In this document: positions 54,556-64,000 of the stretch, one piece after another
How the letters are laid out: every line of letters starts with the position of its first letter
Position numbering within the stretch: the stretch's first letter is position 1
Source of the DNA: a bacterium
GTDB lineage: Bacteria > Patescibacteriota > Minisyncoccia > Minisyncoccales > CG1-02-41-26
NCBI GenBank assembly: GCA_030603395.1
Contig: JAUVXX010000005.1
Location: 885-64,884, forward strand
Length of the DNA: 64,000 nucleotides
Reading direction: 5' to 3'
The notes under the pieces: generated by a model
The model's database searches: none
Told to the model about the DNA's origin: nothing
Seen by the model: only the letters and a program-made list of their open reading frames with translations
Position numbers and translations under genes: made by a program

Positions 54556-55089
54556 ATGATGAATTGTCCAAGTTGTAAAATAGAACTAAAGAAGGCGGTT
54601 TTCTATGGGGTAGAGATTGACTATTGTCCCAAGTGCTTGGGGCTTTGGTTTGAACAGAACGAGTTGAGCGGAGCCAAAGACGAAAAAGACAAAGATTTAA
54701 ACTGGCTGGATATTCCACTCTGGCAAGACAAGGCAAAATTTCAGATTTCAAAAGGAAAAAAACTCTGTCCCTCTTGCTCCGTGCCGCTTTACCAGGTTAA
54801 TTACGGCGATTCTCAAATTGAGATTGACCTCTGCAATGTCTGTCAAGGAATCTGGTTGGACAGGGGAGAGTTCAAAAAAGTCATTGATTACCTGAAAGAG
54901 AAAGGTAAAAAAGAGGTTTTAGAAAATTATTTCAAAAATTTAATTGCCGAGGGAGTGGAAGTATTTACCGGACCCGAAAGCTTTCGCTCAGAGCTTTCAG
55001 ATTTTTTAACCATTTTAAAACTTCTTAATTACAAATTCGCCACCCAGCATCCCATCATCACTGAAATAATCTTAAACTTACCAAGGTAA
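54556..55089 (+). CDS. Protein with two zf-TFIIB-type zinc ribbons
   Basis: CPSC...IDYCPKCLGLWF and CPSC...IDLCNVCQGIWLDRGE; start at 54556 or 54559. Confidence 0.8.
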   Translation: MMNCPSCKIELKKAVFYGVEIDYCPKCLGLWFEQNELSGAKDEKDKDLNWLDIPLWQDKAKFQISKGKKLCPSCSVPLYQVNYGDSQIEIDLCNVCQGIWLDRGEFKKVIDYLKEKGKKEVLENYFKNLIAEGVEVFTGPESFRSELSDFLTILKLLNYKFATQHPIITEIILNLPR

Positions 55090-55119
55090 TTAAAGGTCAA
55101 AAATTAAAAAATAAAATCC

Positions 55120-55671
55120 ATGACTCTATATATAGTTTTATTCGTCATTCTCGTTTTTGTTCTCTGGTTTGCAGGGACTTTTAATAGTTTGGTCAAAAAG
55201 AAAAACCGGGGCAAAGAGGCCTGGGCAGACATTGATGTTCAATTGAAAAGGAGATATAATTTGATACCCAATTTGGTGCAAACAGTTAAAGGATACGCTA
55301 CTCACGAAAGAGAACTTTTCCAAAAGGTTACCGAAGCAAGAGCCAAGGCCATGGGAGCTCAAGAGATGAAAGAAAAAGCACAAGCTGAGAACATGTTGAC
55401 TAATACTCTGAAATCGCTGTTTGCAGTTGCTGAAAACTACCCGGACCTCAAAGCATCGCAAAACTTTCTTGAATTACAAAAGGAACTGCGCGATACCGAA
55501 GATAAAATTCAAGCTGCCAGAAGATTTTACAACAGTAACGTTAGGGACTTGAACATTAAGATTGAAAGTGTTCCCTCAAACGTTGTGGCTAAAATCTTTA
55601 ATTTTAAGAAAATGGAACTGTTTGAGATTGAGGAAGCCGCCGCCAGAGAAACCCCCAAGGTAAAGTTCTAA
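55120..55671 (+). CDS. lemA: LemA family protein
   Basis: WADIDVQLKRRYNLIPNLV, AENYPDLKA, ARRFYN. Confidence 0.95.
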   Translation: MTLYIVLFVILVFVLWFAGTFNSLVKKKNRGKEAWADIDVQLKRRYNLIPNLVQTVKGYATHERELFQKVTEARAKAMGAQEMKEKAQAENMLTNTLKSLFAVAENYPDLKASQNFLELQKELRDTEDKIQAARRFYNSNVRDLNIKIESVPSNVVAKIFNFKKMELFEIEEAAARETPKVKF

Positions 55672-55681
55672 CAATTTAACA

Positions 55682-56587
55682 ATGGCCACACTTTATTCTC
55701 AAGCTGAATCCAATATCCGTAAAACTTGGCTCCTGATAGCTGTCTTTCTGGTGTTTATCATTGCTTTGGGCTGGCTTTTCAGTGAGCTTTTAGGAAGCTC
55801 TTTAATTTTAATCATCGCCATAATTTTCAGTGTTTCCATGAGCTTTTTTAGCTATTGGTATTCAGACAAGATTGTTCTCAGGATGACTAAAGCCCGTCCC
55901 ATAGAGAAGAAAGACAACCCCGAACTTTATCGGATTGTTGAAAATCTTTGCATTACTGCTGGCATCCCCATGCCCAAAATTTATATCTTACCAGAATCAC
56001 AACCCAATGCTTTTGCCACCGGCAGAAACGAAAAACGCGCCGTGGTTGCGGTAACGAAAGGGCTTCTGGATAAATTGGAGAGAGTGGAATTGGAGGGTGT
56101 CATAGCTCACGAACTAAGCCATATTAGAAACAAAGATATTCTTTTGGGAACGGTAGTTGTCATTTTAGCTGGCATCATTGCTCTGGTCTCTTACTGGTTT
56201 TTGAGAATCAGTTTTTGGGGAGGAATGGGCGGCAGAAGAAGTTCGCGAGATTCTAGCGGAGTAATTCTTTTAATCTTGGGATTGGTTGCTGCCATCTTAG
56301 CTCCTCTGGCCGCCACCCTGATTCGTTTAGCCATTTCCCGCAAAAGAGAATTTTTATCAGACGCTTCAGGAGCTCTTTTAACCAGATATCCAGAAGGGTT
56401 GGCTCGAGCTTTGGAAAAAATTTCAGCTGATGCTACTTTGATGAAAGTAGCCAACAGTGCTACTTCCCACCTCTTTATTTCTTCCCCCTTCAAGGGAAAA
56501 CAATCTAAAAGCTGGTTCACCAAACTTTTTAGGACTCATCCTCCGGTTGAAGAACGCACCAAAGCTCTCCGGGGCATGAAAATATAA
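55682..56587 (+). CDS. htpX: Zn metalloprotease HtpX (M48)
   Basis: PNAFATG, AHELSH, SRKREFLSD, THPP. Confidence 0.93.
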   Translation: MATLYSQAESNIRKTWLLIAVFLVFIIALGWLFSELLGSSLILIIAIIFSVSMSFFSYWYSDKIVLRMTKARPIEKKDNPELYRIVENLCITAGIPMPKIYILPESQPNAFATGRNEKRAVVAVTKGLLDKLERVELEGVIAHELSHIRNKDILLGTVVVILAGIIALVSYWFLRISFWGGMGGRRSSRDSSGVILLILGLVAAILAPLAATLIRLAISRKREFLSDASGALLTRYPEGLARALEKISADATLMKVANSATSHLFISSPFKGKQSKSWFTKLFRTHPPVEERTKALRGMKI

Positions 56588-56628
56588 CCTCCAAAATGAA
56601 AAACATTTTGGAGACCACAATTAAATAA

Positions 56629-56713
56629 GGTGGGGTACCAAAGTGGTTTAATGGAACGGCTTGGAAAGCCGTGACGTTTCGGCGTCTCGTGGGTTCGAAT
56701 CCCACCCCCACCG
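56629..56713 (+). tRNA. tRNA-Ser(GGA)
   Basis: GGTGGGG/CCCCACC acceptor stem, ACGGC-TTGGAAA-GCCGT anticodon arm, long variable arm. Confidence 0.93.
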
Positions 56714-56742
56714 CATTTACAAATTAAAGGAGCGAAGCGACG

Positions 56743-56762
56743 GAATCCCACCCCCACCGCCA
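56743..56762 (+). repeat. Direct repeat of the tRNA-Ser 3' end (att-like)
   Basis: GAATCCCACCCCCACCGC identical to 56697-56714; this copy ends in CCA. Confidence 0.85.
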
Positions 56763-56778
56763 GAATACTCTAAATATT

Positions 56779-57456
56779 ATGGACAAATTAGTTTTATTTG
56801 ATATTGACGGGACGCTTATTGGTGGAAAACATGGACACCCAAAATCTTTTGGTGATGCTATCAAAGCAATCCATAATATTGATTTTGAAGTTGACTGGAG
56901 AGACGTCCAAGGAATGACAGATCAGCAAATTCTAACAGAAGGTCTTCTTAAAAAAGGTATTTCTAAAGAAATTATTCAAGAAAATATGGATAAATACATG
57001 ATTGAAATGAAAAAATCTTTTAATAAAAGTATTGTAAATAGCACCATACATCTATTTGAAGGGGTTAAAGACTTAATTATTAAATTAAAATCCGGGGATG
57101 TGCTTCTTGGATTAGTTACGGGAAATTTAGTTTCAATTGCTCAAGCGAAATTAGAAAAATTGAGTTTGTGGAAATATTTTGATGTTGGTGGCTTTGGCAG
57201 TGACGATATAAGCAGAACTGTTTTGGTGAAATTAGCAATTAAGAGAGCCGAAGAGAATTTCGGCTTCAAATTTGATAACAATGTTTTTCTTTTCGGAGAT
57301 GCTCCTCAAGATATGAAAGCAGGAAAAGAAGCCGGAGTGAAAACTATTGGTGTGACAACCGGAATTTATTCAAAAGAGCAATTAGAAAATGCTGGTGCCG
57401 ATTTCCTGTTAGAAGATTTAAAAAATACAGAAAAAGTTCTAAAGATAATTTTGTAA
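56779..57456 (+). CDS. HAD-superfamily hydrolase
   Basis: LFDIDGTL, VTGN, GDAPQD. Confidence 0.88.
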   Translation: MDKLVLFDIDGTLIGGKHGHPKSFGDAIKAIHNIDFEVDWRDVQGMTDQQILTEGLLKKGISKEIIQENMDKYMIEMKKSFNKSIVNSTIHLFEGVKDLIIKLKSGDVLLGLVTGNLVSIAQAKLEKLSLWKYFDVGGFGSDDISRTVLVKLAIKRAEENFGFKFDNNVFLFGDAPQDMKAGKEAGVKTIGVTTGIYSKEQLENAGADFLLEDLKNTEKVLKIIL

Positions 57457-57457
57457 A

Positions 57458-58096
57458 ATGGAAAAAATTGAGGTGTCGACCATTACAAACATTGATAAAC
57501 TAAGGAGTGAAGAATTTGCAGATTTGATTCCTGAACTTTATGAACTAAAAGAGATTATTGAGAATGATGGTTATTACCACAACAATGATTCCATCTTTAA
57601 TCACACCCTAAGGGTTTTAGAAAAATTAGAAGAGTCATTAAAAAATGTTAAAGATAAAGTTTCTGATTATCTGGACCAGAAAATTACAAACCATACCCGA
57701 AAAGAACTTCTATTTTTAGCAACCTTACTTCATGATATTGGCAAAAAAGAAACTTTGGTAAAAGATGATAAGGGGCTAACTTCTTGTCTAGGCCACGCAG
57801 AACAAAGTTTAGTGAAAGCGGAAGAAATTTTACCACGTTTCGATTTATCTGAAGATGAAAGAGATTTGATCGGCCGGATGATTGAATCTCACATGCTTCT
57901 TTATTTGATTATCAAGCCCGATAACAATAAGCTTAATGACCAATTCCTTGAAGTGAGAAGAGAGCATCCGAATATATTTCTGGAGCTAGTCTTATTGGCT
58001 ATGACTGATATCTTGGGAACTCAGTTAAAGGAAAATAAACCAAAGGAATTTGATTTCGTCATAAACTTTTATAAAAAATTTTTAAATGAATACTAA
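57458..58096 (+). CDS. Stand-alone HD-domain protein resembling the HD region of CCA-adding/poly(A) polymerase enzymes
   Basis: IPEL, HTLRVL, LLHDIGK, GHAE, H..., D motifs. Confidence 0.75.
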   Translation: MEKIEVSTITNIDKLRSEEFADLIPELYELKEIIENDGYYHNNDSIFNHTLRVLEKLEESLKNVKDKVSDYLDQKITNHTRKELLFLATLLHDIGKKETLVKDDKGLTSCLGHAEQSLVKAEEILPRFDLSEDERDLIGRMIESHMLLYLIIKPDNNKLNDQFLEVRREHPNIFLELVLLAMTDILGTQLKENKPKEFDFVINFYKKFLNEY

Positions 58097-58160
58097 TTAC
58101 GAGCTTTTATAAACTTGAATATATTACATTTAGTATTAAAATAGAAATAATCAGAGACTT

Positions 58161-58718
58161 ATGATTGTTACAGATTTTCTTACAAAATTAATATCCTGGT
58201 TTTTTGCTCACGGCATAAAGATTGTCGGGATTTTATTCGTTGCTTATGTGGCAACGCGTTTGCTGAAAATTTTTCTTTCAAAATTTTTAAGAAATCTTGT
58301 TCAAAAAGGTTTCAGAACAGGGAAAGTCAAGAGTGTTCAGTTAGAGGAGAAAAGATTGGAAACCTTGGAGAAAGTCTCTTTCTCAATCTTGAAGGGTGTC
58401 ATCTGGATAGTTGCCATTTTAACCATCCTGCCGGAACTCGGAGTTAATATTGGGCCGCTTTTGGCTGGAATTGGAGTTGTCGGTTTGGCTTTGGGCTTGG
58501 GGGCAAGGAGTTTAATCCAGGATTATTTATCCGGACTTTTTATTCTTTTGGAAGACCAGTATCGAGTGGGGGAGGAGGTTGAAATTGGCGGGAAAAAGGG
58601 AATAATTGCCGATTTCAATTTAAGAAGGACGGTCATCAAAGATACCGAGGGAATTTTGCACTACCTTCCCAACAGCCAGGTAAAAATCGCCTCAAATCTT
58701 TCCCGGGGAAAAAAGTGA
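58161..58718 (+). CDS. Small mechanosensitive channel (MscS family), short form
   Basis: GLALGLGARSLIQDYLSGLFILLEDQYRVGE, LRRT, PNSQ. Confidence 0.85.
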   Translation: MIVTDFLTKLISWFFAHGIKIVGILFVAYVATRLLKIFLSKFLRNLVQKGFRTGKVKSVQLEEKRLETLEKVSFSILKGVIWIVAILTILPELGVNIGPLLAGIGVVGLALGLGARSLIQDYLSGLFILLEDQYRVGEEVEIGGKKGIIADFNLRRTVIKDTEGILHYLPNSQVKIASNLSRGKK

Positions 58719-58802
58719 ATGAAAATAGAATAAAAAAAGAGCTCTTTTTTGAGCGCTTGTTTTCTCTCCAGGGCTTCCACTCCGGAGTTTTATTTTGGAT
58801 TT

Positions 58803-59858
58803 CTATTTGATTTTCTGCTTGGCTAAAATTTTCTGATAAACTTTTTCGTAATTGTCTACCATTTTTTCTACGCTAAAATTCTCCTCCACCCATTTTCTAC
58901 ATTCTCTTCGGTCTATCTGATCTATTTTTTTAATTGCTCGGACAGCTTCATTAATACTTTTGACGATAAATCCAGTTTTACCATCTTTAATTACTTCAGG
59001 AACAGAACCTCGGTTAAAAGCTATTACCGGAGTTCCGCAAGCCATTGATTCTGTCATTACTAGACCAAAAGGTTCTTTCCATCTAATAGGGTATAAGCAA
59101 CCTTTAGCTGAACCATAAAAGTCAGAGAGTTCTTTTTGGGATAATTCTCCTACATATTGAATCTGAGAATTTAGCTCTGGTTTTATTTCTTTTCTAAAAT
59201 ATTCTCTATGGTGAGGCTGAATCTGACCGGCTAACAATAATTTTACTTTTGCCTTTTTAGCAATTTGTATTGCTTCTTTTGTTCCTTTTTCCTCACAAAT
59301 TCTGGCTATCCAAACGAAATGCTCTTTTGATTTAGGATTAAATTTAAACCTAGAAATATCCATGCCGTTATAGACAATCCAACTATTTTTAATTTTTACC
59401 GGAGCATTTTTTCTCTCGGATTTAGAGATAAAAACGAGATTTAAATCGTTCTTGTAATGATTAAAAATTTTCCATCTCGGATCAATAGCGTTAGGGGTAT
59501 TGTGCATTGTCTGCAAAACAGGAGTTTTGACAATTTTTTGGAAAAATCCTCCAATTATTCCCCAGTGGCAGTGGATAATATCAAATTGGTTGGCTTTCTC
59601 AAAAGCTACTGAGTGATTGAAAAGATTAAACCAGTAATCTTGCCAAGCAACTTCTAAATGAATTAGACCCTTCTTTGTCAAAGGAATTAATTTAGCCTCC
59701 GTTTTAGAATTTCCGGAGGCGAATAAGGTTACTTCATGCCCTCTCTTAACCAACTCCTCGGTTAAAAAAGAAATAATTCTTTCTATACCTCCATATTTTT
59801 CGGGAGGAATTGGAAACCAGAGGGGGGCTATCTGAGCAATTCTAAGTTTTTTCCTCAT
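58803..59858 (-). CDS. Family 4 glycosyltransferase
   Basis: PPEKYGGIE, EPFGLVMTESMACGTPVI. Confidence 0.92.
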   Translation of the reverse strand: MRKKLRIAQIAPLWFPIPPEKYGGIERIISFLTEELVKRGHEVTLFASGNSKTEAKLIPLTKKGLIHLEVAWQDYWFNLFNHSVAFEKANQFDIIHCHWGIIGGFFQKIVKTPVLQTMHNTPNAIDPRWKIFNHYKNDLNLVFISKSERKNAPVKIKNSWIVYNGMDISRFKFNPKSKEHFVWIARICEEKGTKEAIQIAKKAKVKLLLAGQIQPHHREYFRKEIKPELNSQIQYVGELSQKELSDFYGSAKGCLYPIRWKEPFGLVMTESMACGTPVIAFNRGSVPEVIKDGKTGFIVKSINEAVRAIKKIDQIDRRECRKWVEENFSVEKMVDNYEKVYQKILAKQKIK

Positions 59859-60904
59859 AGCAATTTTTTAATTAATTTTTCGTATTCATCTACCATTTTT
59901 TCTACGGTGAAGTTCTCCTGAACATGCTTTCTACACTCCCTTCTGTCTATCTGGCTGATATTTTTCATTGCTTCTGCCATCTCATTTTTATTTCGTACAA
60001 TAAATCCTGTTTTTTTGTCTTTAATTACTTCGGGAATAGCACCATTTGGGTAGGCAATAACCGGAGTACCTGAAGCCATCGCTTCTATCATTACTAAACC
60101 AAAGGGTTCTGGCCACTGGATTGGAAATAAAAAAGCTTTGGCATTCTTGTAGAGTTCTATTGCTTTTGAAAAACTAACTTCGCCTAAATAAACGACATTT
60201 TTATTAAGCAAGGGTTTTATTTTTGTTTCAAAATACTCTTGATTCTTAATTCTTCCAATAATGATTATTTTTTTTTGAGCAATCTTCGCTGCTCTAATTG
60301 CGTCTAAAGGGTTTTTAGCTGGGATAATTTTTCCAGAGAAAATGAAATAATCTTTAGGTTTTTTAGAAAGTGGAAATTTTTTTAAATCAATTCCATTATA
60401 GATTGTAGTTTGATAATTAAGATTTGGAAAAACGTTTCTTTGTCTATTTGAAATAGCAATTAAACGAGCATTAGACTCCCGGAAAACTTTAGCTAATTCC
60501 TTGAAAAGGGGTAAATGTAAAATATGAAAAACAGGGATATTAAGCAATTTTTCTAGAGAGCTAAACATTCCACCGCTGACAGTATGATTAAATATTATTC
60601 CGATTTCCTTCTTTTTTTTGACGACCTCCATCAACATGTTGGTTAGCATGCTTAATTCAATTCGCAATTTTCTTGCCATTTCATATTCCGGAAGAATTTT
60701 ATATTCAACTAGGGGTTTGGGTCCTACCGGAACCAGATCTGCTGAGGTGCGAGTGGATCTGGGTGCGAATAGTAAAACCTGATAGCCTTTTTTGATAAGA
60801 CCTTCTGTTAAATAATCAACCATCCACTCAATTCCACCCTGTTTTTTAGGAGGAATTTCATTACCTATTGGTCCCAAGATGGCGATTTTTTTTCTTCTTT
60901 TCAT
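59855..60904 (-). CDS. Family 4 glycosyltransferase
   Basis: PPKKQGGIE, EPFGLVMIEAMASGTPVI. Confidence 0.92.
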   Translation of the reverse strand: MKRRKKIAILGPIGNEIPPKKQGGIEWMVDYLTEGLIKKGYQVLLFAPRSTRTSADLVPVGPKPLVEYKILPEYEMARKLRIELSMLTNMLMEVVKKKKEIGIIFNHTVSGGMFSSLEKLLNIPVFHILHLPLFKELAKVFRESNARLIAISNRQRNVFPNLNYQTTIYNGIDLKKFPLSKKPKDYFIFSGKIIPAKNPLDAIRAAKIAQKKIIIIGRIKNQEYFETKIKPLLNKNVVYLGEVSFSKAIELYKNAKAFLFPIQWPEPFGLVMIEAMASGTPVIAYPNGAIPEVIKDKKTGFIVRNKNEMAEAMKNISQIDRRECRKHVQENFTVEKMVDEYEKLIKKLL

Positions 60905-61995
60905 TTTTTCTTTATGATTTCTTTGTATGTTTTTTCATAATTTTCAACCATCTTTTCTAAGCTGAAATTTTTTAAAACATGCTCTCGACAATCTCTCGGC
61001 TTTATTTTATCTATTTTTTTCAGAGCCATTTTCAATCCTCTAATTCCTGTTTCAGGCTTAACAACAAAACCAGTTTTTCCATTATGAACAAGTTCTGAAA
61101 CCGAACCGCTATCAAAGCCGATTACCGGCGTTCCACAGGACTGAGCTTCTGCCATCACCAAGCCAAAGGGTTCTTGCCAATTAACCGTCATCAAAAATGC
61201 TTTTGCCCTTTGCATAAGTTTGCTGACCTCTTCTTTCGTCAATGGTTGTTCAGCCGATATTGGTCCTATCCATTTTATTTTTTTCGATAAATAGGGCTTA
61301 ACGTCTCTTTCAAAAAATTCTCGGTCTTCAGTATTTCCTGATAACAAAAGCTTTGAATTGGTCTCTCTTGCTAATCGAATTGCCCATCTTACTCCTTTTG
61401 GATCTAAAAAATTTCCCGATTTATCTTTCGTTCTGCTTAATCTGCCAATCCATAAAAGATAATCTTCTTTTTTAAGGTAGAACTTGTATAAATTTGTATT
61501 TACTCCGTTATAGATTACTTTGTAAATTTTTGTTTTTTCGGCTAATTTTTTTGCTGCCTTAGAGATACAAACAAAATAGCTTTTTTTAAAAAGGGAAAGA
61601 GTTTCATCAAGTTCTTTGGTCATTTGGGCATGAATAGTGGTGAGAATCGGGGTTTTAATGTTTTTTTCAACCAGAAGAGGAATAAATTCTGGAAAGCAGT
61701 GATTGTGGATAATCTCAAATTCATTTCCTACTTTTTCAAGTATCTTCGCTGTCTTTGCCAAGAAAGAAGTATGAGCATAAAAAGGATTCTCAAAGGGACC
61801 CATTTCAACAAAAGCTCTCGGGATTACCGGAATAATTTTTGCTCTCGGCACAAAACTATTTTCGGTTCCCAAGATTGAAACTCTATGTTCTCTTTTAACT
61901 AAGCCAGAAACCAAATCAAAAATCATTCTCGGTCTGGCAGCAGTAATTTTTGGAGCAATTTCTCTTTTTAAGGGAGCTACAATAAGAATTTTCAT
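60901..61995 (-). CDS. Family 4 glycosyltransferase
   Basis: EPFGLVMAEAQSCGTPVI; start at ATG 61995 assumed. Confidence 0.9.
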   Translation of the reverse strand: MKILIVAPLKREIAPKITAARPRMIFDLVSGLVKREHRVSILGTENSFVPRAKIIPVIPRAFVEMGPFENPFYAHTSFLAKTAKILEKVGNEFEIIHNHCFPEFIPLLVEKNIKTPILTTIHAQMTKELDETLSLFKKSYFVCISKAAKKLAEKTKIYKVIYNGVNTNLYKFYLKKEDYLLWIGRLSRTKDKSGNFLDPKGVRWAIRLARETNSKLLLSGNTEDREFFERDVKPYLSKKIKWIGPISAEQPLTKEEVSKLMQRAKAFLMTVNWQEPFGLVMAEAQSCGTPVIGFDSGSVSELVHNGKTGFVVKPETGIRGLKMALKKIDKIKPRDCREHVLKNFSLEKMVENYEKTYKEIIKKK

Positions 61996-62047
61996 AAGTC
62001 TATTGATGCAATGCAATTATTTTATCTTATCATAATTTCCTAAAACA

Positions 62048-62077
62048 AAAAAGGGTCTTGTAATGAGACCCTTTTTC
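62048..62077. terminator. Intrinsic terminator
   Basis: aaaaagggtctt-gtaat-gagacccttttt. Confidence 0.7.
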
Positions 62078-62135
62078 GTTGGTTGCTTATTATTTTCGAA
62101 TAATTTTTTCTTTTTGCCAAGATTTCTGGAGTTCT

Positions 62136-63413
62136 TTACTTCTTGCCGTTGCTGTGATTCTTACCGTTCTTACCGTTCTTACCGTTCTTGCCATTCTTGC
62201 CATTTTTGCCATTCTGGTGGTTGGTGTAGGCTTTTTTATAAACCCTTATGTATTTTTGGGCAATTTTTTTCCAGGTAAATTTTCTTTCAACAGTTTGCCT
62301 GGCAGCTTCCCCCATTTTTTTTCTCAATTCATCATTTGCCAACAATTTATTTACCGCTTCGGCTATTTGTTGACTGCTTCTTGGTCTGACCAGGAATCCA
62401 TTTACCCCATTTTTCACTGCCAAAGGAATTCCCCCTTTTCTGGTTGCCACCACCGGGGTTTTACAACTCATAGCTTCCAAAATTACCAGGCCTAACGGCT
62501 CGTCCCAAACAGAAGGAGTAACAAGAACATCAGCTCGGTAATAAAATTCTTTAAATTCCTCTTTCTTGTCATCTCCCATATAGCCGAGAAAATGAACATT
62601 TCCTGCGTTGAGTTTATAGCTTAAGTCCTCCAGGTTTTTCATTTCTGGGCCGTCTCCAATAATATAAATGTGTCCCTTGATGTCTTTAGCCGCTTTTAGG
62701 AGATATTGAACCCCCTTTTGGGGAGTGAGTTTTCCGGAAAAAAGAATGACTTTTTTGTTTTTTAATTTGTATTTTTTATTGATAATCTTTATTTTTTTCT
62801 CCGGAGGAAATCTTTCAATATCAATACCGCCCGGAATAATCCCCATCTTATGAGAAAATTCTTTGCCAAAAGTTTCTAACAACCACCGCTTGGTGTCTCC
62901 GCTTACCGCCAATATTTTTTTTGCTCTTCCTAGAGCATCTTGAGATGAGGGAACAAAAACTTTATTCTGGGAAGCGGCTAAAATGCCTGTTCCGTGGGAG
63001 GTGACGATAAAGTTTATACCGTATAATGTTTTTATAAAATTTGTCACCCAGCTAAGCAAAGAAATATGCTGGACATGAATCAGGTCTGGCTTAAAATCAT
63101 CTACTGCCCGAACCACGCTTCTTAAAAAGAAATTAAAAACCTGAGATACCTCTTTCGGGGTGAGGTCTTGATAAAGCTTACAGACCGGCCATTCCGGGTG
63201 GCCGGTGAAAGCAACGGGAAAAGGTAGTTCCAAGGGATAAATTTTCAATCCGGCAATTTTTTCTTTACTTTCCGGGCAAACAATGGCTGTTTTTATCTTT
63301 TTGGCTTTGTTAATTTCAGCGGCTAATTCTCTGGTATAAGCTCCAGAACCACATCCCCACAAAGGAAAACATTGCAGAAACAGAACTTTATTTATTTTCG
63401 GCTTTTTAGCCAT
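62136..63413 (-). CDS. Family 4 glycosyltransferase with a C-terminal (GKN)n tail
   Basis: EPLGLVILEAMSCKTPVV; tail NGKNGKNGKNGKNGKNGKN. Confidence 0.9.
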   Translation of the reverse strand: MAKKPKINKVLFLQCFPLWGCGSGAYTRELAAEINKAKKIKTAIVCPESKEKIAGLKIYPLELPFPVAFTGHPEWPVCKLYQDLTPKEVSQVFNFFLRSVVRAVDDFKPDLIHVQHISLLSWVTNFIKTLYGINFIVTSHGTGILAASQNKVFVPSSQDALGRAKKILAVSGDTKRWLLETFGKEFSHKMGIIPGGIDIERFPPEKKIKIINKKYKLKNKKVILFSGKLTPQKGVQYLLKAAKDIKGHIYIIGDGPEMKNLEDLSYKLNAGNVHFLGYMGDDKKEEFKEFYYRADVLVTPSVWDEPLGLVILEAMSCKTPVVATRKGGIPLAVKNGVNGFLVRPRSSQQIAEAVNKLLANDELRKKMGEAARQTVERKFTWKKIAQKYIRVYKKAYTNHQNGKNGKNGKNGKNGKNGKNHSNGKK

Positions 63414-63560
63414 AATAAAACTATTTTAAAACCCGTTTATTCAACGGGCGAATATTCCTATTGTACTCCTAGGAGAGGCAATGTCAAGAGTGAAGAGGTA
63501 ATGTCAATGGTTAAGTTGCACTCTGCGAAAAAAGTGTTAAAATACAAGCATCTTGATACT

Positions 63561-64000
63561 ATGGCGGACTCTCCAGTTCAACAAATAAAAGACAGGTTGG
63601 ACATTGTTGAGGTTATCCAGGGTTACCTCAAGCTTCAAAAGACCGGAGCAAATTACCGGGCTTTATGTCCTTTTCACTCGGAAAAAAAGCCGTCTTTTTT
63701 TGTTTCACCGGTCCGCCAGATATTCAAATGTTTCGGTTGTGGAAAAGTTGGGGATATCTTTAGGTTTATCATGGAAATTGAAGGGGTTGAGTTCGGAGAT
63801 GCCTTGAGAATTTTGGCTCGCCGAGCTGGAGTTGAACTAAAAACTTACCGGCCGGAACTTAAAACCCAGAGACAGCGCCTTTATGAAATCTGTGAATTGT
63901 CCTGTTGTTTTTTTGAAAAACAACTGGCAGGGAGCTCAACCGGAAAGAGAGTAAAAGAATATCTTTTGGAAAGGGGACTAACCGAAAAATCCCTTAAAAA
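63561..64000 (+). CDS. dnaG: DNA primase, 5' part running off the window
   Basis: Translated by hand from ATG 63561: MADSPVQQIKDRLDIVEVI...CPFHSEKKPSF...FKCFGC (CHC2 zinc finger). Confidence 0.93.
   Translation, partial: MADSPVQQIKDRLDIVEVIQGYLKLQKTGANYRALCPFHSEKKPSFFVSPVRQIFKCFGCGKVGDIFRFIMEIEGVEFGDALRILARRAGVELKTYRPELKTQRQRLYEICELSCCFFEKQLAGSSTGKRVKEYLLERGLTEKSLK

Noticed and set aside
58161..58718. Short MscS as a pseudogene
   Set aside because: No frameshifted continuation is visible before the convergent glycosyltransferase; treated as an intact short form.
62063..62495. Plus-strand ORFs with repeats (SYRSYR, LTVLTV)
   Set aside because: They are antisense readings of the GT4 (GKN)n tail.
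63604..63807. 67-aa plus-strand ORF in the track
   Set aside because: It is an out-of-frame overlap with dnaG, which starts at 63561.

Overview
A gene-dense chromosomal segment using the standard genetic code. Gene content and order point to a Patescibacteria (CPR, Parcubacteria-like) genome; this is inferred from the short valS, rpoBC detached from ribosomal protein genes, cupin-type PGI, a type IV pilus locus without pilQ, and tRNA-Arg(GCG). It carries housekeeping genes (valS, tsaD, recG, ligA, rodA, rpoBC, ftsK, recA, rpsF-ssb-rpsR, glmS, trpS, rnj, secG, uvrC/uvrA, groES/EL, lemA-htpX, 5' part of dnaG), a comF plus type IV pilus cluster, six tRNAs, five glycosyltransferases and three small accessory patches. 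No transposase, integrase, rRNA or CRISPR array was seen. The main unexplained signal lies below gene level. Many core genes contain in-frame DNA inserts made of 7-, 8- or 10-nt tandem units, or REP-like hairpins that include a covarying family with tandem G.A pairs. This suggests an undescribed system that seeds coding-compatible inserts. Other highlights are a tRNA-Leu whose CCA end overlaps the RNase J start codon, a GNA1-like acetyltransferase coupled to glmS, many apparently leaderless genes, a duplicated tRNA-Ser 3' end, and substitutions in the RpoB rifampicin pocket. All product calls come from motif recognition by eye, without database searches.
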